Below, in pieces: positions 38,301 to 50,300 of a DNA stretch of 64,000 nt; positions within the stretch are counted from its first letter, which is position 1; each line of letters begins with the position of its first letter. Under the pieces are notes generated by a model, which was given only the letters and a program-made list of their open reading frames with translations, did not search any database and was not told the origin of the DNA. The translations under genes and the position numbers were made by a program. This DNA is from Antedon mediterranea (lineage: Eukaryota > Animalia > Echinodermata): assembly GCF_964355755.1 (NCBI RefSeq), contig NC_092672.1:26356437-26420436 (forward strand), written 5' to 3'.

Positions 38301-41300
38301 GGCGCAAGTTTTTGAAGCCCACCAACAGGAATGGTATGGGACTCACGACAAGTAGGGCATGTAAGCTCTCCATTGTTGGTATTCACCCATTTCTCTAAAC
38401 ACTTTAGACAGAAACTATGATGGCAGTTAAGTGATTTTGGGTCTTCCAGCCTTTCATTACAGATAGAACATTCTAGTACTTTCTCATCTATATTTCCAAG
38501 TAGACTTAAATCTTTGCTAGCCATTCTGCAATAGTAATGGGTGACAAGTTATTTTATACCTTAATCTACCAAATTTGACATAATTGACATTACCACAATA
38601 TACCAAGAATTGCTAAGATCTGAAAATTGTTTACGTAATTTATGTAGAACCGACATATATCATATCATTTATTCTTGATTCCATTTGATCTTTCAATATT
38701 CCTTTCTTCTTGATCTTTTCCCTTAATTGTCAAGAGTACTTTGCAACTCAAATGTTGGTGTTAAATAATTAATTAATAACGATTAAATGCTTCAATCAAG
38801 TTCTTAAAACATTCCTATAGTAAACCTAATTAATTAATAAATAATATGATATATATTTAATAGCAATTTAATACAATTATTTATATTAAATACCTTGTAC
38901 TTTGCAGCTCAAAAGTTACTTTAAAACGGATCTTTTTTAGAAATGAAAAAAAGTTGATTTGCCACTTTATTCTTATTCACTTTATCACATGAACAAAGCA
39001 TTCTTCAATGTCTGTAAACGTGTGACGATTTCCAAATTAGTCATGCAGAACATGTTAAACTTAAAACACTACAGTTTTAGACAATTGATTTTTCAACTTG
39101 TACTGTAGCCAACAGGAAGCACATGACTATAATTACAGGATGGCAAACCAATTGGCTTTTATGCTTTTACTATTAAATATCACTATATCATAGTATACTG
39201 TAGCTACCTAAGGCTGGGTTTCAAATGTAGTTTAAAACCTTCCAGTAAAATTCTGATCATTTTCATAATGCATTACCCTAGACACCACTGTCTCCCTATA
39301 TTCACCAACATCCCCTAACCCCACCCCCAAACCTTGCCTCAGACTCCACCTCAATCACAACCCACACCTTTTTTTTAAATAACTTTTAAAACCTTTCCCT
39401 ATCCAATTTCAGTTATATTCGTATCCCACTACTCTGTAAACATAACTCCTCAGTTGCAGTTTTCAGATGTAGTTTAAAATATTTCCAGTCCAATTCTGAT
39501 CTTTTTTTTTAATAGCAATTAAGGTAGGGCAAGAGTTAGTCAGAAGCTCATAGTTGAACTGATGATAGAATTGTAGGTGAAAACCTTTCCAAGATAGTTC
39601 TGGTCAGCTTGATACCCCAGTACCTTGTCCCAGTCACGATCCACCGACTCTTATCCCTCTGCAGGATGGTTCAAAAGTAGTGGATGTTCCCAGGACAATT
39701 CTGGTCATGTTTATACTTCATTAGACCAAAACGCCGGTAACTACTTAATACGCTTGATCCATCACTCCCAGCCCACAACCTCTCAGTGGCATTTTTCAAT
39801 TATAGTTGCCAGTTACAATTTCGGTCATTTTTCAACTCTTTCCTGGGGGTGATTGTAATACTAAAAAAAATAAAATAGTATAATAAAATATAATAAAAAA
39901 ATATAATAGTCCACCACCCCCCGCCCTAGCAACAATTTCCCATCCCCAACAACCTCCCGACTCGGCGAGGGGGAGGGGGAGGGGGTAATAGTTTCCTAGT
40001 AAAATTGCAGTAATTGTGATTCCTCATGTATGGTTACGTGGACAAATATTCAAGGTGTGAAAAAGTGGGCATTTTGGCCCTATTTTGGCTGATAATTGGA
40101 TCCTGAAAATGTTGAAACTTCATATAAATCTAGTGCAATTGCGGTCATTTTTTAGTGTATAGATGCAGTAGGAAAAATGTGTACAACAAACCCTCTTCCC
40201 TCTTGATATAAATAGATAATTAATACTGTAGCTCTAGCTTCTATGACTCTTTTATAACAAGCTTACAAAGGTTATTCTAGTTCTGTAAAACTTGCACTGC
40301 ATTGTTGATGGGAGACAATATGCATTATGTTTGCAAATATATGGTATAAATTCAATCAATTCATCTGTATTGGTCTAATTTGTACACCAATCAGAAAGTC
40401 TTATTTTTGTTGGTTTATGCACTGCAGACTAGATATAAACATTTATAAAAAGATGATTCAACATTGAAATACAATAACAAATGTATTTATACAAATTATT
40501 CTGTATATACAGAGAAAAATTGTTATGGTCCAGATATAAAAATAATCCAGGTGTTCTCTCCTATAGTTATTATCTATCTTTATAAGTAACAATAGATTGT
40601 AAAACCAATGACTTATTAGAGAGGTTTCGCAATCTTACGAATACGATAACGAAAACAGATACATCACGCACACGTATTCGTTTTCGTAAGCCAGTAAAAA
40701 TATGTTTCTCATGGCAACGAAATATTGAGGGCGCCATCCAAAATATGGTAAATATGAGCGAAGCGCAGGTACGTGTTGCTTGGCTGACTAGGCCTCCTAG
40801 CATAACATCAAAGCGAGTGAGGACTGCTATTTATCAAAATTGACCTGGCATTTTAGTAAATTACTTTCAACTAGATGGTACGCTCTCTTCGCTCGCGTAC
40901 CATCTAGGTCGTGCCCACAGATGGTTCTTGAATACACAGTAGTAATTTCAGCGTAACATAACTGGCGATTTCAAATGTACTACAGTATTATATAATACAT
41001 TGTCGTTTACAGAAACGAATAAATAGACACAATGATTTATGTAGTCAACTAAAATTAGCACCCTGGGAATTACTTCCGAAGGAGAAACTTATCACAAAAT
41101 GAGTCCAAATTTTTGATTTGGACTCATTTAAAGAAACCCAATTTGTGTTTTGTATGTAACATTAGGTTTGAGGGATGGGAAAGCGGATAGGTACAAAGAG
41201 GAACAATTTTTAAATATTCTTTATCCACTCAGTAAGGAAATATTTTGTTCATGTTTTATAGGCCTATAAATAATATACCTCTAAATACAGTAAAACATTT

Positions 41301-44300
41301 GCGATTTAATACTTTGTTAAAACTGTCACTGTCATAATCGATTGAAATATTAAAGTACATGTCACGATACACCACTACGACGTTTATATTATTGGTAATT
41401 ATTAATTAATAATTAATACAAAGGTTGAGAGGGAACTGTCAGTATACAGTGAAGCCTAACCACAATCTCAGTAATAAAGTTTATTTGTATATATTTTTAT
41501 ATTACATCTAACAGTACGAACATTTACAGTAAGAAATGTTCGATTCAAATGAGGACCAAAAATAGTTAATAGGTATTTACAGTATTGTCAAAGTATTGCA
41601 AGTTTATTCTCAAAGGGCCCATATATTTACCTACCGTATGTGTTAAATCAAGGGCTCATAAATTTACCTACGTGTGTGGCGTGTGGCGCAGTGTGTTGGA
41701 CGTTGGACTACCGATCGTCAGACCTAGGTTCGAATCCAACTCTCGCCGCATTGCTTGTATCCGTAGGCAAGATACTTTACTTACGTTGCCTCTCTCCACC
41801 CAGGTGTATAAATGGGTACCCAGTTAGATCTAGACACAACTGCGCTGGTTACCGGCTGCATTATGGGAGTATGTTTCCATACGTGTTTGATCCCAAAAAA
41901 TACTGGGGTAACAATGCTTGTAAAGCGCCTTTGAGCATGATTACTCATGAAAAGGGCGCTATATAAATCTGGTATTATTATTATTATATTATTATTAAAC
42001 CAAACTCTGGCAGACTGAGAGATTGGGATGTTCCATTCATCGCAAATCAATACATTTGTATAATCGTATATTAAATCTATCAAAATAGTATTTTTTAAAG
42101 AAAATCGGCCTGTCTTCAACATTATGATGCTGTACTCTTGCTGTTCAACCGGTTTTCAGCTATTAAAAACAATTATCGTAGGAGGAGATAGGAAAATGCA
42201 AAGTCTCCTCGCATTTTTGTGGCGGGTATTTTTCAAGATGGACATCCATTAGACAGTGTATACCACGATCGGAAAACACCCCTATTTGGGGAAAATCGTT
42301 GAACCTAAATTCGTTTTAATCGTCAATAACTAATTATCTAACTTAATTTAATTAGTAAACAGGGTTACATCAGGTGGTTAAAATCAGTACCGAAAGTACG
42401 AACCAACTTTATATACCATCGAGTAAAAATTCTAGAAGTAAGGCACGATTTACCGAATTTTGCCCTTAAGTAAATTTATATATCTAGATAACTCTATAAT
42501 TATATTATAGTCATAAATCATTCCTGATTCAAATGCAAAATGTGCAAAATATCAAAAACTATACTCGTTTTGTAGTTAAGAATATGTCTGGTGATATTCG
42601 TCAACACGAATACGCTTTACGAATATGAAATAGGGATCAGCTCAAAAGTTTCACAAATGTGTGACGTATCCATTTTCGTTATCGTATTCGTAAGGTTGCG
42701 AAACCTCTCTAATAAGTCATTGGTTTTACAATCTATTATAACAATATGTACGACTTTGATGGAAAAAAGTGTTCTTTATAAAGACGGTGAGCAGTTCCAG
42801 AGAGTATATGTTTAACCAAAAATGATTTATTTGTTCATTAATGTTTATCAATAAATCTTTAGAATTACTCGCTTTGGCTACAGCATAATCAATTATTTGC
42901 GCAACTAATAATGCAAATAATAAAATATTAAGTTGTCATCAACAATTTTTATAGCAGCAAAACATGAGTCATATGGAATGATAAATGACCAGTCTGAAAA
43001 ATCTCCCTGATCAATTCTTTTGATAAAATGTCCATCTCTACCAAATAGTTGTAGTTTCCCAATACTTGCAATGATGATGTTATCATCCTGATCAACTAAA
43101 ACTTCATGTGGAAACCTCACCTTACCATCTTCATCGCCTTTATCAATAATCACTTTCAATTTCCTGTTCCTATCATCATATAATAATAATTGATCATTTC
43201 CTAAGTCGGTTATAAGTAAGTTTCCAGTTCTTGTAAGTGTAACATTAAGGTATTGACTAGTTAGTTTATTCTGGTCTTCTATCCTCTTCAACAACTTACC
43301 ACTGCTAATGTCAAACACAAACACACATGCAAAGTTAAAATCTGTTACATATATAACATTAGCCGACTCATCTATGTGAATACCAAATGGATTTTCCAAT
43401 ACACCTTTACCAATGGATTTTATCATATGACCATTCATATCACATACTTGAATGCAAGAATGACCATCATCACAGAATGCTATGTGGTCATTTTTCATTT
43501 TGTACATTCTTTCAACTTTCACACCTTCTGGCAGTGTAATCTTGCTTACATATTCTCCTGATTGTCTGTACTCGTGAATTGCATTTGTGCCAAATGAAAC
43601 CAGTATGTAGTCATCGAACTTTGCTATTCCTTGAGGATATCTGTCTATTCTGATAACAAGTGGTGTGGTTGTAACATTTCCTATGTTATTTCCTTTCAGT
43701 ATATCAGTTAGACGTTTGTTCCCAATAAAGTTAATTTGTCTCGTACTGTCGTTTTCTTCGATTTCTTTAAACTTATCGATTTGATCCCGTAGTTTCTTTA
43801 ATACAATCTCACCTGATTTCATAACAGTTAATCGTTCACTCTTTAATAAGTGATTTAAAAAAGTAAAATTTGTATTTAATTCAGAATTTATTTTTAGCAT
43901 TTTTTCTATTTGTGCATCATAACCTTCCTTTTCATTTTTATAGATGTTTTCAACTTCTTTCTTCATTTCATCTCCTTTTTGGTGGATTGTTTGTACCATT
44001 TCTTGAACTGTGTTATCAATATCTGCAAGACTTCTCTTTTTAGTTTCTTCTAGTTTGTTAGTGTTCTCTGTAACTACTTTCAGTACATTTTCCATTTTGT
44101 GTATGGATTCATTGGCAGCTTTCTTCAATTCTTCTGATGATTCCTTAAACATTTTAAATGCTGTTACAATGTCAGTTTGTTCATGTACTTCAAACCATGA
44201 TGTACACTTTGTTTGAGTACATACTATGCATACTGGTTCTTTACATTTGTGAAAATACATTTGTAATGGTTGAGTGTGAGAAAGGCACAGCACAGCAGTG

Positions 44301-47300
44301 AATTCATTCTCATCTATTTCATGTTGTTCCATGATTTCTAAGAGGTTGTTAAGGAGTGTATTTGGTGAAAGTTTTTGAAGACCTCCAACGGGAATGGAAT
44401 TGATCTTGCGACAATTAGGGCATGTTAGCTTCCCATTGTTGATGTCAACCCATTTTTCCAAACACTTCAGACAGAAACTATGATGGCAGCTAAGTAGTTT
44501 TGGGTCTTCCAGCCTTCCATTACAGATAGAACATTCTAGAACTTTCTCATCTATATTGCCAAGTAGACTTAAATCTTTGCTAGCCATCCTGCAATAGTAA
44601 TAAGTAACACATTGTTACATGCATCCTAGAAAGAGTGGTGGTGGCAAGATTTGCCCTAAAAACAACGGCGCAGATCCGTTTTTAATAGTACGGGGACATA
44701 TCAAAATGAAGTACTGTACATTAGGCTAGAGGGCCGCCAAGGGTCGGAGGCTTCGCCCCCTGGAAGCCCAGCTCGTTGAGTAATTTATAGGTGGTTTCAA
44801 TCGATTTCTGAGCACATACAAATTCCGCCCGGAAGAATACAATTATTTTGATTTATGCACTTTTTAGGCACTAGTCCTGATGCGCCACTGGTTATATTCA
44901 CGCACAATCTATTCTTCTTAGATACTGGATTTTCTTTAATTACACGCATGACGTATCATAGAAGTCTTAATACTTTCTATTTAATTTTAAACAATTTAAT
45001 GATTTTTAAAAAATGAGGGGGAACAATCTCTCTCTAAAAAATATGTGGGGGAAATGTCCCCCTGTCCCTTCAGGATCTGTGCTGATGCTGACAAATGTAT
45101 TATAGTCCAGTATGAAATGTAGCCATTTGATAAGTTGCATTTTTCTATATTTGGTAAAATATGTTGTAGAATAGACATCACTGAATCCAAAAAGTATTTT
45201 CTCCATTTTTTTCATACGCAAGGGGGGTTGGCAGCAATTTCAAATTGGCCGCCATTTTGGACAAAATTGTTTAAAATATTGTAAGTTTATGACATTAAAA
45301 GATCTTGTCGAGATAGAAATTCAATCATAAAAGTAACAATAAATGTTCAAATAATATTGCACATCATTTTTGGAATTGAACAAGCCAAAATGGCCGCCAT
45401 TATGCCCAAAATGGTTGCCATTTTATCCAATATGGCCACCTTTTTATCTAAAATGGCCACATAAATCAAAATATTTTTTGCTTACTTTTATTTACATATA
45501 TTTGGTATGTTGTAGAATAGACATCACTGAATCCAAAACACGGTATTTACTCCATTTTTTTTCAATTTTAAAATAGCCGCCATTTTTAACAACATTGTTA
45601 CAAAAATGATGTGAAATATTATTTGAACATTTGTTACTTTTATGATTGAATTTCTATCTCGATAAGATCTTTTAATGTCATAAACTTACAATATTTTTAA
45701 CAATTTTGTCCAAAATGGCGGCCATTTTGAAATGGCTGCCAACCACCCTTGCGTATGAAAAAAATGGAGAAAATACTTTTTGGATTCAGTGATGTCTATT
45801 CTACAACATATCCAAATTTTATCAAGTATAGCAAAAATATCCTAGACTATAATACATGGAGGCCCACATGCTTGATGTGAAAAGCCAAAAAAATGTCCAG
45901 CAACATTGAAATGCTGCTTAGACCTCTGTACATTTCTAAATCTATTTTCTGATCTACTATAATTAAATTAAATGAACATTAATTTCATGTTACCTTATAC
46001 TTCGCACCTCAAATGTTAAATGAAGTTAAAACTGATCTTTTCTAAACATTATTAAATGAAGTTGGTTTTTCCACTTTGTGACTTCCTACCAGAACAGCAG
46101 GCTTTAATGTTTATAAGCTAGTTGTGACGATTTCAAAGTGAGTCATTCAAAAAGTGTTTTTGTTCAATACCAGCCAACAGACAGTACTTCAATTACAAGA
46201 AACAACTCATGCCTTTAAATAAATACATACTTTACATCTTATGTGAAAACGTGTTACATGTATTCTCCTGTCATGTTCTATTTTTACAATCATGTTTCAC
46301 TAATTCTGTCAAGTTTTTTAAAAATGTCCATGGCCTTTCATAATCGCTAAATAATGTTATGAGTAAAATAATAAGTTAAATCAACAAAATGTGCTTTACT
46401 TGTTCTGTATTATTTCTATGAATTTGTGATGCACAAAATTGGGTGGCTTGGGTTACTATTTCCAAGTGCTTAGTAATATTAAACTGTTCTAATGTTAAAC
46501 GCTACTCAATAATAACTCAAACACAATCAAAGAATTGTAACCCAGGGTTAATATTAGAAGCTTTACGGTATATGGGAGTGGATAGCAAGTTACAATTAGA
46601 GCTTTTATGCTTTATGATTTTCACTCATTTTTTATTGTTAATTTATTTGGTCCAGGGTATACCCAAATTTATCATACAACTTTTTAGTCGCGTCAAACGC
46701 GACTCTACATCTCACTATGTCGGTTGGTCGTTTGGTTGGTAAACACTAACTCAAATTTGAGCACACGTCTGCAGCCATGTTATGTCCTTGTTTACTTACA
46801 GTTTTTAAAAATCACACAAACTTTGTTATAGAATGTAAAATTAATCAATCTTTATCACTACAGAGTTTTTATTCAGACATTTTATTCACTTATCATTTTT
46901 TTACAACTTGCAATGATGATACAGTATTATCAATATCATACTTATCTACTAAACTTTACAGCAATGTTCATCGTCTATTTATAAACCTTTTCAGATTCTT
47001 GTCCTTATTATCATAAAATAACACTTAATCAATTCCTAAATCTTCTAATGTGCCGCCAAAAGGGCGTCACCAGTTTATCAACTTGTTTTTTTTTTGTTTT
47101 TTTTTTAGTTTTCTATCTTAATCAACTGCTTATTTTAATTATAGAATTAATGTCGAATATGAACATGCATACAACCATATTAATACCCCATGAATTTGTT
47201 CACATACTTGAATGCAGGATTTACGATCATCTGTATTGTATTATTATAAAAAAATAACGAGTGAATGACCAAACAATCGGCGATTCCGCACAGACCATGT

Positions 47301-50300
47301 GTGAAGTGGAGGAAAAAAAGTATGATCGTTTTGCTCATTGGTAGCATGCTGCATGAGAGTGTCTTTTCCGGCCAATTAGAGGTGCCATTTATCATGAATT
47401 TTATTTACCATTTCCGGCCAACTAGGGGTTAAAAAAATTTGCTTCCCCCACCGGGGGGGGGGGGGGGGGGAGTGAGTTGATGGAGCAGTGACCAAAATAC
47501 TTAGTGTCTAGACAGATCCTGGCTACGGCCCTGATTATTACTTCCAAGTCTCCTTATTGTTTGTATCAATTGTATTTATGCCAGAACTAAGCGAATACAA
47601 CACTTTGCTATTCCAAAAGGACCATATATTAGCGGTGTGATTGTAACATTTCCAATGTTTTTTTCAATTAGATGTTTGTTTCTGATGAAGTTAACTTGTC
47701 TCACACTGTCCTTTTGCTTGATTTCTTTAGATTTATTAATTTGATCTCTCAATGTAGTTAATACAATCTTGCTTGATTTCATAGCAGTTGATGGTTCGCT
47801 GTTTAATAACTCATTTAAGAAAACCACATTTGTAATTAATTCAACCTTGATATCATGAATTTTTCTAATTTGTACTGCATAACCTTTCTTTTCATTTTTA
47901 TAGATTTCTTCTACTTTTTTCTTCATTTCATCTCCTTTTTTCTGGATTGTTTGTACCATTTCTTGAACTGTGTTATCAATATCTGCGAGACTTCTCTTAA
48001 TACTACTTTCAGTACATTTTCCATTTTTTGTATGGATTCATTGGCGCTTTTCTTCAATTCTTCTGAAGTTTCCTTAAACATTTTAAATGCTGTTACAATG
48101 TTAATGAGTTCATGTTTTCCATTCCCTGCTTCATGTTTCATTTCAGTACATTCTATGCATATTGGTACTTTACATTTTGTGCAATACATTTGTAATGGTT
48201 GAGAATGAGAAGGACATGTGGAAAGACTCAGGGCAGTGCATTCATTATCATCCTTCTTTTCATGTTGTTTGATGGTTTCTAAAAGGTTTTTAAGAAGTGT
48301 ATTTGGTGGGAGTTTTTGAAGCCCTCCAACCGGAACAGAATCAATCTTGCGACAAGTGGGGCATGTTGGCTTCCCATTGTTGGTGTCAACCCATTTTTCC
48401 AAACACTTCAGACAGAAACTGTGATGGCAGCTAAGTAGTTTTGGGTCTTCCAGCCTTCCATTACAGATAGAACATTCTAGAACTTTCTCATCTATATTGC
48501 CAAGTAGACTTAAATCTTTGCTAGCCATCCTGCAATAGTAATGAGTAACACATTATTACATGCATCCTAGAAAGAGTGGTGGTGCAAGGATTTGCCTGAC
48601 AAATGTACCACATGGAGACCCACATGCTTGATGTGAAAAGCAACAAAAAAATGTCCAGCAACGTTGAAATACTGCTTTGATAAACTACAATGTCACACTT
48701 ATGTAGTATAAATTATGTTAGTGCTCTTCAATGAAATTATTTATTTTTAATTTCAATACTTTTTTCCAGACAACTATGTCAAAGGTTCCGTAGCTTTAAT
48801 GTTTGATTCAATGTTTCTTCTAAATTAATGAACACTGTAGACTAATTATTATATTTTCACCACTATAGTTTTGTAATCTTAAATGGTTCATACACTAGAC
48901 CTAAATTTCATTCAAAATATTATTTCTGATCTACTAGTTATAATTAAAGTAAATAAATAAACATTAATTTCATTTTACCTTATACTTTGAACCTCACATG
49001 TTGTTAGAAATGACATCTGATCTTTGAAAGAAAAATATTTAACATTAATTATCTTTGTAAGCAATATATTTTGAAAGTACTGTATCTATTTTATTATTTC
49101 TCCATTTTATGAAACTATTTGCTTCATATGCTGGTGTTCAATAATTAATGATACTTTTCAGCAGTAAGAGGGTGTTTCATCCTGAAATGTTTGTATCTGA
49201 GACAATTTCTAAATCAGTTAAACTAAAATAAATATAAATAAACAAAATAAATATTGAATAAACTAAAAGCAATGCAATTATTTATGCTAAATACCTTATA
49301 CTTTGCAGCTCAAAAGTTACTTTTAGAAATGTAAACTGATCTTTTTAAGAAATTAAATAAAGTTGGTTTTTCCACTTTGTAACTTCCTTTTATCACATGA
49401 CCAGTGCTGCATGCTTTAATGTTTATAAACTAGTTGTGATGATTTCAAAGTGAGTCTTTCAGAAAGTGTTTTTGTTCAATACCAGCCAACAGAAAGTACA
49501 TCAATTACAAGAAACAACTCATGCCTTTAAATAAATACATATACTTTACAACTTGTGAAAACGTGTTACATTTATTCTCCTATCATGTTTTATTGTTTTT
49601 ACATACAAGCATATTTTACTAATCCTGTCACATTTTGTAAAGACCTTTCTTGGCCTCAGTAAGTAAATAAGTTAAATCAGCAAAATGCACTTGTGCTATA
49701 TTATTTCTATGAATTAGTGATGCACAAAACTGAGGGAGGATCAGTGGGTTACTATTTCCATGGAGCCAAGTGCTTAGTAATAGTAGCCCACTCTTCTAAT
49801 CTTAACTCCTACTCTAATAAATAAAACACCCTAAAAAACACAAGCAAATAATAGTAACCTAGGGTTAATATTAGAATATTTACGGTATATGGGAGTGGAT
49901 AGTAGAGCTTTTATGCTGATTTTTACTCATTTTTGGTTACTTACTTTATTTGTTCCTGAACATGACATCATCATACAACTTTTTTACTTACCGTTTTTAA
50001 ATTAAAAATTAAACTACTCATAGAACGTAAAAGTACTCAATCTAATATCACTAAACAGTTTTTATTCAGACATTTTATCATTTTTTTTACAACTTGCAAT
50101 GATGATATTATCAATATCATACTTATCTACTAAAACTACATGTGGTAACTTCAAAGTACTATCTTCATCGTATATTTATAAACCTTTTCAGATTCTTAAT
50201 TGTCCTTATCTTAAATAATACTTGATCAATTCCTAAATCTGCTACTTTGCCACCAGTTGAGGGCATCATCAGTGTATTGACTTGTGTTTTTTGTTTTTTT

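Noticed and set aside
39200-40000. C/G-rich patches and short repeats between TRIM copy 2 and the long-TIR element
   Set aside because: Probably decayed repeat fragments; boundaries and family could not be supported.
41585-42122. Overlapping ORFs of 80-134 aa here and at 63100-63504
   Set aside because: They are chance frames across two copies of the same SINE.
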